This document shows positions 1 to 12,134 of a stretch of DNA of 64,000 nucleotides, in pieces; the first letter of the stretch is position 1; each line of letters starts with the position of its first letter. This stretch comes from Polymyxa betae A26-41 (lineage: Eukaryota; Protista; Endomyxa: Phytomyxea). Made by a program: the position numbers and the translations under genes. The stretch is taken from positions 62,001 to 126,000 of the forward strand of contig RBZT01000705.1 of the NCBI GenBank assembly GCA_003693705.1. Direction: 5' to 3'. The notes beneath the pieces were generated by a model that was not told the DNA's origin, made no database searches, and saw only the letters and a list, made by a program, of their open reading frames with translations.

Positions 1-1
1 A

Positions 2-85
2 CTCGGGCGACGTCTTAAACGCCAAAAGCAAGAAAACGATCACATCCTTCAGCTTTATCTCGATCATGTTTGGAAACCGCTATGA
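2..85 (+). CDS. possible 3' end of a gene entering from the left edge
   Basis: Open frame LGRRLKRQKQENDHILQLYLDHVWKPL* ending TGA 83-85, convergent on the MscS-like gene; no motif recognised. Confidence 0.25.
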   Translation, partial: LGRRLKRQKQENDHILQLYLDHVWKPL

Positions 86-151
86 GCGCTCGAGCATTAA
101 AACCCGGCATTGGACAAAGAGTGTCACATAGCTTTATTTGAAAGTACTTTC

Positions 152-2346
152 TCAAAGGACTCGGCCGGTAGCATCGACATTAACCCAGGCGGTAGGTTCG
201 CTATCAGAGATGTTCAGCGTTCTCATGGTCAGGCGCAGCTGCTGAATGATGTCCGTCTTCGCCTGCGGCAGAATGGACTCATGCCAGGTCAACCGATGGA
301 AAAATTTGAACGTGATCACGAGAGAAGCGCCGTCGTCGAGTCCGTCCATCAGCATGACGACCTCGGGCTTCCACGAATCCGAATGCTGGCGTACGTAATC
401 CAGCATCAGCTCGCGAAGCTGCTGAAGCTTGTCGGGCTCCGTCGTATAGGCGATGTTCGCCTTGAAAACGATCACGGCTGGCCCGGCACGTCGATGGTTG
501 AAGATGGGCATCTTTGACAAAGCCGAGTTCGAAATCATTACCAGCTTGTGATCGAGGCCGACGAAATCGGTCGTCATCAGCGAGATGCGAACCACGACGT
601 AACAATCGCCATCGATCTGCACGACGTCGCCGATACCGTATGGGCGTCGAACCGTGACGAACACGACCGATTCGACCAGATCGGTGACCGACTGCGAGAT
701 CGCGAAGGCGATCGTCGGCAAGATCGCGGGCAGGGTCAGCATGAGTGTGTTCATGGGGAACCCGAACGCCCAGAACAGCAGCAGCAGGCAGGCGACCAGG
801 AAGATGGCGTTCATGGCTGTCTCAGCGATGTCGGCCGCATTCAGGAAGCTTTCGACTTTGTGATGGAGATCGGCTCGATCCGTGTATAACGTCTGCACGC
901 AGACGAAGAACTCGTCAGCTGTGATCGGAGAGTAATCGCCTAATAGGCCATATTCAGTGATCTTGTGTTGAACGCATCATTGAGACGGTACCATCGGTTC
1001 GTTTGAAAAGCGTCTCGAAACAGCGCTCGATGTCGGCGTCCTGGACGCCAAGGATGGTGCGGATTCGTGGAAAGCTCAGTTTCTCGCTGGATGTGAAAAC
1101 GGTATCGCGAAGGCCGGCAGCGACAAGGCGCATCTACACAGCGCATTTAACAAATCTAATGACATCAATTTGTGAGAGCGAACCTGATGTGACGAAGTGA
1201 TCTCGATCATGGTGTCGGGCGAGTATTCCCAGCAGCTGGCCCCGTCACGTTCGACGATCTTCAGCGGCAGCTGCAGCGCCGACGTCGCTGTCCGTTGCAG
1301 CTGCATATCGTAGTCTTGGCGTCGTTTGTTCTCAGCCCATTTCTGACGAATCGCATCTCTACAATGGCAAGGGTTCAGACTGCCATCGATCGGGACGGCG
1401 GAAACATCTCGATTTACCTTTCATCGACATCGCTCATGACACAAAGCAGGACGAGCATATCTTTGGCGAACGATATATCGGAAACGGCTTGTTCGAATAA
1501 GTGTCGGGAGATGCGATCGCGAGCCAGCTGCATCAGAATGCTTCGTACGCCGAGGGCCAAACTCAAGATCACGACAGCTTGGCAGAGGGAGTACGCCAGC
1601 CAAAGTTCCTCTTTCCGAACGCCACCGGTGACACTCAACAACAGGTTGAGAATCAGAGATTCGCAGAGCAAGGACGTGACGACCAGCTTAAATCGCATCA
1701 TGATCTCGTGAACAATGATCCGAACGATCCAGTGCGATTTCTTCACCAGTTGGCTCAGAATCTAGGCGAAGATTCAGATCTCAGAACATTAGCAGCGATA
1801 AACGCTGCTTACCTTATCGAGAAGGAAATGCAGGCCCTCGACGACGATGAAGATGAAGAGCATGAGAGTTGGTATGGAGAAGAGCGCCCAAAGCGGAATC
1901 TTAATCCACTTGAAAGCGGCAATTCTCATATCGAACTTATCCAGGACGCAGATCAGGACCAGGATCGCCAACGAGACGGCCACCAAGCAGACCCAATGTA
2001 AACGGCTCGCCCAAGTTCTCGCCAGACGGCGCCACAAGCTCCGTCGACGAATCTTGTTGTCGTCGACGTTGAAGATCGTGGAGATGTCGGAAGCGTCGCC
2101 GATCTCCTTATCATCGCCTGCGTTGCCTTCGACCGAGGAAAACACCCGCTTAATATCGCCGAGCTCTTCTTGGAGGTCATCGATGACGTCGACGATCTCG
2201 ACCCGGCTGCTGCGAACGAACGAGTCGTTGCGCTTTCTCAGCATCGACGACTGACGACGCGAAAGTCGCCGGCGCTGTTCGTTTTGGTTGACATCGTCAT
2301 TTTCATCGTAGATTGGGGCACTAATGCCTTCGTTCTGTTGCGACAT
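152..2346 (-). CDS. MscS-like (MSL) mechanosensitive ion channel, multi-exon
   Basis: MS_channel signature AFAISQSVTDLVESVVFVTVRRPYGIGDVVQIDG...VVRISLMTT...ISNSAL...IFNHRR; TM segments in upstream exons; GT-AG intron 1762-1812; start MSQQ at 2346. Confidence 0.85.
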
Positions 2347-2645
2347 TATGGAAAATGCTGCTTCGACCAACGGAACGATCAAGATCCAAATCCTGCCGGA
2401 TTTATGATCGATCAGGAGTGATTCACCATCCGCTCATAGCCATTAGCCCTTTCCAAAATCCTGTCAGTTATTTAGGGAAGATATTATCATAGAACTGATG
2501 ATTATTGACATCGGAACCATTGCTAACAATGAATCAAAAATTTATAGTGAGATGATGAGCTCAGTTGGAGAGATTATTTGACATTTAGCGCCTGATTAGA
2601 CCTTTCAGATACAAGATTATGGTGGATGGTGTTCTCAAGGCGACC

Positions 2646-2837
2646 TTAATTGCTGGTGACATTGGGATATCGGGCCTTTATGGCAGCATTCCTGGCACGC
2701 GCCTCCTCGTCGGTGTAGGATTCAGCCGGCTTCGGCTCGCTGGTCATCACAGTCCATGTACCGACGGCGGCGAAAGCGACAGCCCACGCTGCCAGATTGA
2801 ATCCACGACTGCCTCTCACCCAGATCTGCTTCAACAT
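2646..2837 (-). CDS. small single-TM protein (63 aa), possibly mitochondrial
   Basis: ATG-initiated ORF with basic N-terminus, hydrophobic NLAAWAVAFAAVGTWTV and charged tail; telo-box about 55 nt upstream. Confidence 0.55.
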   Translation of the reverse strand: MLKQIWVRGSRGFNLAAWAVAFAAVGTWTVMTSEPKPAESYTDEEARARNAAIKARYPNVTSN

Positions 2838-2890
2838 CTTTCCAACTTATCTCCGTGACAAAACCCCTTTTGACGTTCTCAAGTGCTGAG

Positions 2891-2906
2891 AAACCCTAAC
2901 CCTAGC
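2891..2906. promoter_or_regulatory. telo-box-like element AAACCCTAACCCTAGC in a divergent promoter
   Basis: Telomere-like repeat between starts at 2837(-) and 3084(+); related motifs recur at 3511, 32783, 33929, 34466 and 38449. Confidence 0.5.
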
Positions 2907-3083
2907 AGACTAACTGCTGCCTAAGACCTCTTTAATCGTCATCAATACATATTGCATCTCATTAATTATTTGAAATTATCTCGTGATGCTCAAAGTTTGA
3001 TTCTCCGAAATGATAAGTTTTTCGATTAATTACGCGGAGTATCGTCATAAGCTGGAAGCTTTGGCATTCGAATCGCTCCATCG

Positions 3084-3407
3084 ATGTTGTCCGGTCTAGT
3101 TCAGTATAGCGATGACAGCGATGATGACGTGAATGCGTCCGAGATGATGAAGCCGCTGCCGCCCAGACCCGAGCAGCAGCGCAAAGCCCTGCCATCGGCC
3201 AAAGATCTGCTGGCAGGCGCGAAACCAACCCCGGCTAAGAAGCGCTCAACGGAGCTGCCTGCTAAAGAGCACCCAGTTTCAAAGTGGCAGAAAACCGACC
3301 CGGATGAGCTGCTGATGGTGCCGCCCCAGATGAGGTCAGGCCGGCCTAATATCGTCACCGAAGAATCGTTGTCAAATTTGCGACGAAAAAAGACCTCCAA
3401 ACAATAA
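3084..3407 (+). CDS. small disordered protein (107 aa), weakly C1orf52/UPF0690-like
   Basis: ATG ORF with LVQYSDDSDDD, LPSAKDLL, VPPQMRSGRPNIVTEE and a basic tail; family assignment is tentative. Confidence 0.6.
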   Translation: MLSGLVQYSDDSDDDVNASEMMKPLPPRPEQQRKALPSAKDLLAGAKPTPAKKRSTELPAKEHPVSKWQKTDPDELLMVPPQMRSGRPNIVTEESLSNLRRKKTSKQ

Positions 3408-3603
3408 CCAATTCTTTGCAAAATGATTATTTAACTGATAAAATGATAATGCGATCTTGATACTGTTTGGCAAGGCCATGAGTTGAACATATCTTGTTGA
3501 AAATATTTGACTAGGGTATTAGGGTTTGGGGGTCTCCATCATGAATGTCTCCTTTTGAAGTGGGCGGAACCCGGCCTTTATGCCACTTTAGCTAAATGAC
3601 GAG

Positions 3604-4897
3604 ATGATGCCAAGGCGGCCACAATCGGTCCCGTTCGGGCCTGGCGGGCCTGGAGCTTCCGAATTCGCTTTCAGAAGCAGTCCGCATCCATCATACATTG
3701 AAGTATTCGGTGCTGGGCTGCAGTTACGGTTCGCCACCAGCTTGCCCCGGAAGCATTCCGATTTCGTACACGCCGTTCGATGTAATAAGCCGGTTCCGAG
3801 TTTCTGGTGCAATGTGTTTTATTTCGAGATCCTCGTTGTTGAATCCGGACAAACGGGAGCAATTTCAATCGGCCTCTCGGATGAAACTGCCGATTTGCAA
3901 CATCAGCCTGGCATTGATGAGAACTCATTCGGGTATGTCACTGATACCTTCGTCTTCTTGAAATCTCCTCTTAAGATGCGTCAGATATCGCGGTCTCGAT
4001 GGGAAGGTCTTCACAGGCTCGAAATCGGGGCGCGATTATGGCCCGGATTTCGGTATTGACGATGTTGTCGGTTGTGGCATCTCGTTCATCACGAACGAGG
4101 TCTTCTTTACACATAATGGTCGCTATCTAGGTCCAGCTGCTACTGTTTTGGCTGTCCCGAAACTGTATGCCACGATTAGTCTTAGTAGCCCGGGTGAAAT
4201 CGTTCACGTCAATTTCGGCTATAAGGATTCATTTCGCTATGATATCGCCACTCATGAAAAACGTGAATTGCACAATCAGGCAGCAATTATCAAGAAAACG
4301 CCTGTTGAAGCTTCCATCCTTCCTGATCTCGTTCGCTCGTTCCTTCGTGTTCACGGCTATTCGAACACTTTACAAGCTTTTGAGAGCGCCTTCGATTCAA
4401 AGTCTGCTGTCAATGACGATAAAAGTTTAGTGCCGCGGCAAGCCGTTATTCAGGCAGTTTGTGCCGAAGAGATTGACGATGCTGCTTCTCTTTTGCAACA
4501 GCACTTTCCAGGCGCTCTTCGTTCGAAACTCATTCAATGCGATTTGAACATTTTGAGATTTATCAAGCTCGTTCGTGACCGTGAAGTTCCTGAAGCCATC
4601 ATGTTTGCTCAGAACGACCTATCTCCGTTCGCTGATTTGGAAGAGGTGCAAGATCGGTTGCAAAATGCTTTAGCGTTGCTGGTTAATCCCGAGGGTTCGC
4701 CTCAAGCGCATCTGTTGACGAATGCCTTCAGAGAAGAAGTCGCCATGCGCGTGAATAAGATTCTATTGGAATTCATTGGCAGTGCAGCGGATTGTAAGCT
4801 GACCTTGATGTTGCGTCAATTGATAGCGGTTGAACAAGCCTATCGAAATGAGAACTCCCAGATGGGTCTACCTTATCAAATTGAAAATGATATATAG
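3604..4897 (+). CDS. RanBP9/10-like SPRY-LisH-CTLH-CRA protein (GID/CTLH E3 ligase subunit)
   Basis: SPRY YFEILVV...ISIGL...PG..ENSFGYRGLDGK..YGPDFG.DDVVGCG joined over intron 3933-3984; LisH LVRSFLRVHGYSNTLQAF; CTLH/CRA C-terminus. Confidence 0.9.
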
Positions 4898-4898
4898 G

Positions 4899-5171
4899 CT
4901 ATGTCATTCGCCACATCAACCATAATATCCCTAATATATAAAGAAGCAATGCAGTTTTCACCTGCAGCTTCTTTCCAGTAAAACATCTTCGTAAGGATAA
5001 GACCTCTTGGTATAATAGTCTGTATCGCATCAATTCATTCACCATTATTGGTAATCGGTAATCGAGTAATTTGACGTTGCTGTGGTTCAGTGGGGGATAT
5101 TCAACGATTTCTATATAAGCTAATACTAGGAATATTAATAAAATGAGAAGGATTTGTAAGAATTCTGACAT
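4899..5171 (-). CDS. hypothetical AT-rich membrane protein (90 aa)
   Basis: ATG ORF with hydrophobic N- and C-termini; no family recognised. Confidence 0.3.
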   Translation of the reverse strand: MSEFLQILLILLIFLVLAYIEIVEYPPLNHSNVKLLDYRLPIMVNELMRYRLLYQEVLSLRRCFTGKKLQVKTALLLYILGILWLMWRMT

Positions 5172-5379
5172 TTATTTTCTCTGAGAGAATGAAAAAATTT
5201 CAACAATTTGTTCAAACCGTGATTTTGGCTGAAAATGTCACGGACAAAATGACATTTTTAGTTCGAAGTGTTTTCTGTGTGCTTATGGGAAACATTCATC
5301 TAATTTCTGGGAGAGCTGACAATTCTAGTACAATTGAATTCCTTATTAAGTTGGCCAGCATCATCCACCAACTGATGTC

Positions 5380-6481
5380 GTGATGTCGTTGTCGATAGAG
5401 CATGTTAAGGGAGAGATCGCCGAGGTCAAGGCAGACCTGACGAAGGCAAAGGCATACCTGAAGTCGGCGATGGACAATGCCCACAAAGAACTGGTTCTTG
5501 CGGCGATGTCGTTGATCACATCGCTCGAACATCGCTTGGCTGGTCTGGAGGCTTGGCTTCTGAAACCCGCCCTCGCCCCAACTGGTACGTTTGCTAATAT
5601 GTTTCACAGAATTTCGCACGCGATTATCGCTTAATGCTCGTCATTTTGATCATTATTTTAAAACAATTATGATAATATTCATTTTTTTCATTGTTATTCG
5701 ATACGAATCGCGTTTTGATTATTATTTAATACAAATCCTGCGGTTTAAAACTCATTTACAAGAAGACATTAACATGTTATGCGACGTTATCTCCAAATTG
5801 TGTTGGAATATTGGTCAGATTCCAGACGTAAAGAAAGCGAACGATGCCAAGTTCCATCCCAAGACTCGCCCGGCGTCATCTTCATCTTGGACTTCCGCTG
5901 ATCAGAGCAACTTCGTCCGCGCTGTATGCGATTATTACGGCGCTGAACACAACTTTTGCTTTGTCGCCGGTCACGTCGATCCTACCAGAATCACGGGACG
6001 GAATTCCATCGTGGCAGCTCACATCTGGGATTTCCGATGCCGAAGTGCTCTGCCAGTTTTCGGCTTGGCAAAAGATGATGTTTGGAATCCTAAAAACGGG
6101 TTACGTGTTTGCAAGCCGATTAAGAAAGCGTTTGACGCTGGACGGGTCGTTCTAATCTACAATCCCTTTAACAGAAAAATCAACATGCACGTGTTGGACC
6201 CCCAGCTGAAAAATCAGTTGGCCTTACCGTCAGACAAAACGTTCGACGATCTCGACGGCGCGGTCGTAACTTTTCCCAACGGCAATAAGCCATATGTTCG
6301 CCTGATTGCTTATTTGGCTGCCGACGGGATCCGAATGGCATTGGAGAAGAATTGGGTGAAGGCGGGAGATTATGAAGCGTACAGGCAATGGTACGACCTC
6401 GAATTATCCAGTATCGGGAAGGACGAACTGGCCAAGATTGAAAGCAACATTTTTTCTGACATTGATGCCTTTGATGTCTAA
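5380..6481 (+). CDS. helical header plus HNH_2-type endonuclease, Crinkler/CR-effector-like
   Basis: Exon 1 coiled-coil 5380-5584; AT-rich intron 5585 to about 5762; exon 2 with CFVAG...VAAHIW...VWNPKNGLRVCKPIKKAFDAG. Confidence 0.7.
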
Positions 6482-7533
6482 TCAACCTTTCCAGCCACTC
6501 ATTACAATAATTGTTCCACAGTGATTTTGAAAACCCTCGATTTTCGTCAAATAAAAGGCGTCTCAGTATTATCTACGAGCAGGGAGAAGGACTTCCTACA
6601 ACAAGGAATATCAGTAATGAGCGCTGGGAAAATAAAGTTGAAATAATCTATGGAATTTGGGGTATCCACTGACGCATCTCGAACGTACGAATCCCCCGTT
6701 TTCCTAAACACCTGATTGTTGATTATGATTGAAATTGAATCGTATATGGGTTTAGGGAACAGTTATAGATGTCCAGAACCACCGAAAATTTAACAAGGAT
6801 GATTATATGAGACTCTGGAAAGAACGAACATAATTTAGGAGTGAATTTCAATAATTATTTCGATGACTTGGTGTGACAATTTGATATTGGATAGTTCTAT
6901 GGTTACGATTACGAAATCGACGATGATTGCAACGATCCATTCAGCGAGTAGTATGAATACGACAATGAACCAGATAGAATTCGAGTATCTATTTACGGAC
7001 TGAAACAATAACGAAACTGGAATTTCTGGCTCATGGAAGTCCTTATCAGTTTTAGCCTTACTTGCATTACAATTGCGGTTCTTTGTTTATTGGCAGCTAT
7101 ATTTGGTATTCTGACATCGTTTTGCCTATCTGGAAGCATGCATAAAGCAGCTGGAGAAATGACGCTTAGGTAGCCCCCGGCTATTGACCGGAGTTCGCGA
7201 CTTTCGCCTTCATCGGAGCCGAATGTTATCGCAGGAATCCGATCGCTCTCCAAATACAAGGCCCGATGGCAAGGTCCAAAGGCAATCTTCTGGTCAGCGA
7301 TCTGTTCAGCTGTTGCATTAGGTCCCTATCTGCAATCTGCATCGCCTCCCGATGCGGCAATTTACAGTTCGAAAGGTGGTTTAGAATCGCCCATTCTCGT
7401 TTTATAAGGCTTATAATGATCATAGGAGGGACCAAATAAGGGCAAATTATTCTGGAACTGTTCGCAAACGGGCGATTTCTGTAAATCGTTTCTATGGGAT
7501 CGCGATATCGATTCGAAACCGAACTCCTGGAAG

Positions 7534-9949
7534 ATGGAATTCTTAATCGATCCTGATAACGATAATCAACCGAAACGCATTTCAGCGTCTTATAAGCTGG
7601 CATTAGAACTTGTCACGCGAACACATTTCGAGGCAATCAACGAGCGCTTTCCAGGCGTCATCTTCTGATTCGTTGCAACAGGCGAAATTTTTACCATCTC
7701 TTTTAGATAAAGAAATAGCTGTTGCTGTATCTGAATTTGCACCAGCTCATCCTACGAATCCTTCTTGCTGGAAGATACCGGTTGGTCGCTACCAGGATTT
7801 GGTCGAGGCCATCACGCCAAAACTGTCCAACTATAACGTTGAGATTCAGTATCTCCCTGAATGGATACAGAAACGATATGTGAAAGGAACCGTGACTTCC
7901 AAGAGTAAGCTTCATTGTATTTCGAATTCCATTCTTCATCTGAAAGCAGCCTATTCGTTCGACCAGAATCGGATCGCGAAATCATTATGGAAGAAGCTGT
8001 TGCCGTTCCAGCGCGAGGGAATCGAACAGGTTTTGCTGCTGGTTCTGGTCGGAAAGGTTTCTGAATCGGTTGCTGCACAGATTGTAATGAAATTCAATGG
8101 GCGATGCATTGTAGCGGATGAGATGGGTCTCGGGAAAACGGTTCAAGCGATTGGCCTCATCTCGTACTACCATGATGATCTTCCTGTCCTAATCGTGGTC
8201 CCTTCCAGGTTTGTCCCTGCGTGCGATTCGCTTTTCACATCGATAGCATTTGGTGTAGTCTTCGATTTCACTGGAAAGATACGCTTCTTAACTGGCTCCC
8301 CGAGATTGATGAGAATCGAATTCATGTGATTAGCTCCGGTAGTTGTCACGTCACAAATACGAGATTTGGATCGAATCTGGTTGCAGGTTCGGATTGGCCG
8401 CGAAATGAGAATTCTGTGGATTTTATGATCATCTCGTATGCGTTGCTCTCGAAATTTCAATCCGATATCCTGCAGTGGAATCCGAGATTTACCATCTTGG
8501 ACGAAAGTCATTTTATTAAGACGCTAACGACTCAAAGGTCACGTGCTGCAGCACCAATTATCAAAGGTTTCAAGCCTTTTCGTTTTCTCTTTTCATGTTG
8601 TTAATGCAATGATTAGAGTCCAATCGGGCTATTCTTCTTAGTGGCACTCCAGCTACATCGCGCCCTAGCGAGCTCTATTCTCAGGTTCGTTCAACGTTTA
8701 TCTAATGGAAGCTGTAATGGTTGTCGCAACAGGTTGATGTGCTCCATCATGGCATGCTTGGAACATACAAGCTCTATGGTGTTCGTTATTGTAATGGTCA
8801 AGAAGGGAAATTCGGCTGGGAGTGTCGTGGAGCGCAGTGCCTTCGTGAGCTGAACATCATATTAACTGATACGGTTATGATAAGAAGGCTGAAGAAGGAT
8901 GTCATCAGCGGTGATGTAACTGATATCATTGCTTGAAAACGACCTGAGTCTCGCTGCTAGATTTGCCACCGAAATTTCGTTCTGGAATTACGATTTCCTC
9001 CTTGTCGGCGGCTGCCGCTGCTGAATTTAAGCTGAAGATGAGCTCTATAAAAGACCTTGAGAGCGGGAGCAACCAGAATAATGGTGCAATGGCTACTTTG
9101 TATCACGATACGGGCGTTGTGAAAATCAAGGATGCTGCAAATTTTGTCGCCACGAAACTTGATTCCAGCGAATCAGAAAAATTCCTCGTTTTCGCTCATC
9201 ACCAGGTTGTGAAGTCAGGCAGAGATTCTGTGTGTTTCTGACGTTTATTGTTCAGGATGTTATCAATGGTGTTGAAGCCGAACTTCACAAAGAAGCGAAG
9301 TCGACCGCCATCATTTCTCGTATTGATGGAAATACAAGTCAAGTATGTTTGTTAACGCTTGTGACGAAATATGTTCCATATCAATCAACTTAGGCTGCCA
9401 GAGTGGATATCGTTGAGAAATTCCAAACTGATCCGAAGCATCGTGTGTTGATATTGAGCATCAAAGCTGCATCGTATGGATTGACATTAACGGCTGCCAG
9501 CAATGTTCTTTTCGCTGAGCTTGCATGGAGCCCTCAGGATCTATTGCAAGCCGAGGACCGGGCCCATCGGATTGGTACATCTTCGGAACAGCTCCCAATC
9601 TGTGCTTGAGTTGTGTGTAGGTCAGGAAAGGTCGCATGTCAATATCTCCTATCTTCTGGCAAAAGGAACGTTGGATGATATGATGTGGCCGATGATACAG
9701 CGGAAGCTATCTGTCTGCAATGCTACCATTGATGCTGGGCGTGGAAACAGCATCAATGTGGATTTCAGTCATGATAGGCCGGAGCCCAATGAACGTTCAA
9801 GTTTCAAACGGCAGCGGACACAGCCTAATAAGGTCACTCGAGGTCCCATGGACCAGTTTGTTACTTCTACAACTCGCACGAAACCGAATGCATCGAGAAA
9901 CCAGCCGAGCTCTCAATTCTCTGCTCGAGACGTTATTGATTTAACCTGA
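7534..9949 (+). CDS. SMARCAL1: SMARCAL1/ZRANB3-like SNF2 annealing helicase, multi-exon
   Basis: [81 protein letters not shown]; HARP-like N-terminus; start uncertain. Confidence 0.88.
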
Positions 9950-10018
9950 TTAAATATATATCTATGGATTATCAGCAATTCCTGCTGATGATGATTTCAT
10001 GGGGCAGTTGCAGATTTA

Positions 10019-11444
10019 TCACATCAATGAATCACATTGAGATTCGTGCTCGAGTAGATTGGCAGTTAGGCCTCCAGTATCGTATTCGCTACGTCTGCAC
10101 TGAATTCGTCCATAGGATACGATCGGAATACTGATTACGCATGCCAGAAAAGGGACCCAGTTCATCCATTGAGCTCCATACTTTCCAATCGGTACACATA
10201 AAAAGACGACCGCTCCCAAACCGTTTACAGCGGTCAACACATTTCCTATAGCAGCATTCGGAACTGGAAATGCAGTCTCCAGAGCTAGCTCGAACAAGAT
10301 GGGGATGGTGCCGTTAATTCCTGCTCCGATAATGGTGGCAATGACGATTAGCTCTATCAATGACCATTTGAGGTAACAGCCAAGGATGAATAAGCCACAT
10401 GCAGCCGAAGAAATGTAAAACAGCACAAGGGCCATGGTCTGCAATGAAACCTGGCGACGGTCGACTAAAACAGATCCGACGGTGCCCCCAACGAAGCCTC
10501 CCAGCAACGAAGCCATTCCAATCCATCCCGAATTGGCTTGGTTCAGGCCATAAGATGCTAAATTCTGTGCATATCACATTAAAGGGTATCTGGTTATGAA
10601 GAGATTAAAGAACCTCATTGAGCGACCCACACCAGCCAGCATATAATCCAGATCCAAGCCCATAGCAGATACAAATTCGTAGGAAATCTGTGCTTCTGAA
10701 CAACGATGTATATTGAGATACGACATCGGGCTTCTCGATCTGCTGCCGAAAGTTTTGTGAGCAACTTACAGGCTTTTCCGGCGCTGAAGGAAACCTGATC
10801 AACGTACAAAGCAACACTGTTGTGGTGATCGTTGCAATTGAGATCGTTAAATTAACAAATTTGTCAATTCCATCCGTTTCTTGGACAACCGAGGCACCAA
10901 CAAAAAAGGCAAATCCAACCCCAATGTAGTTGGCTAAACAAAGCAGCGATGTCGCCTGTGTTCTTTGATGCGGCGGAAACCATAAATCACTAAGAGCGGC
11001 TCCGCCGAACATAGCCATCGGCCCAGCTAACCCGTTCAATGCCAGTCCAATAAACATAACCCATTCGTCAGCTCTTATAACACCAATCACGATAATCCAA
11101 GATCCCAAACATAAGCAGATGGAGGAGAATATCATGGCCTGGCGGAACCTGCCTGTATCGATTATATGTGCAACGAATGGCGCCGCTACAACTAAAGCGG
11201 CACTTCCAATCATGACATCATACTCGATTGATTGCTCGCTGATGCCGAGAACCCTCTCCGATACTGTAGAGAGAGCATTAAACTGTGGAAAGACGTGAGT
11301 TGCCATCTGGATTCGAAAACAACATACCAAGTTCCAGAGGAATCCCATAACGAAGCTGAGTGCAAATACCAGGGCAGCCAAATACCATCGTAGAGGTTCA
11401 AAATGAAATCTGGTATGGCTTCGACAAGGATCTGAAGTCGTCAT
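10019..11444 (-). CDS. MFS transporter, SLC49/FLVCR/DIRC2-like
   Basis: About 12 TM segments; LSDLWFPPHQRTQATSL and LFELALETAFPV motifs; introns near 11.3 kb and 10.6 kb. Confidence 0.85.
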
Positions 11445-12134
11445 GATGGGTCTGTGACGGAGCCAATATCGCTTGTGGGTTATGTTACATTATAGGGAGC
11501 CCATGATAGAATGAGATGAGACACCATCAGCCCATTACCGTTCTAGAACGATCTTCTAGGTCCATCGTCTCTCAGTCCATCCAGCGATTAAGAACGCAAT
11601 TGGATTGGATTGGATTCGACTAGCTCGCTGATTTATGGTCAACAGGCGGCGCTCTTTCCAAAACGCATGGCTGGTATTAAGAACGCAATTCGACGTTCAG
11701 TCCTGCGATGAGTTGTACAATTGCATACAATCATATCCACCCAGCATAATTAGATATGCAAATGAAGCTCTTGGCACCATAGTACAGCTCCTCGAACAAG
11801 GTCTCGCAAAGGGAAACGCAACAAACGATCATTCGATAAAATAAAACAAGATTGCAAGTCTGTAAACTATGAATTGTCGAAACTTTCTATGCCTGAAATG
11901 GGAAGCTGCTGGAGCTATGTGCAGAAACATTTGTATCGGACCGAAGACATCTCTTACCAATTTAACGGCTCATCGAAGTTGCTCTTTGCCTATCAGTGTA
12001 CATACAATGGAAGATTTGAAATTTTTTGAAAACAGTTTATGTAAGATTGGCTTTCTGTTACAGGAGGCGCAGCCTGAAAAAGTGGGAACCGGAAAATTTG
12101 GTTTCCCTCTGGGTTCGCCAATTGCATTTTCAGA

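Noticed and set aside
110-2421. Several + strand ORFs
   Set aside because: Antisense shadows of the GC-rich MscS-like gene
5203-6529. Similar TTGTTC...GTGATTTTG strings flanking the HNH gene (about 5208 and 6511)
   Set aside because: Too short and degenerate in AT-rich DNA to call element ends
11540-11549. GTTCTAGAAC palindrome resembling a heat-shock element
   Set aside because: Only two nGAAn units; expected by chance
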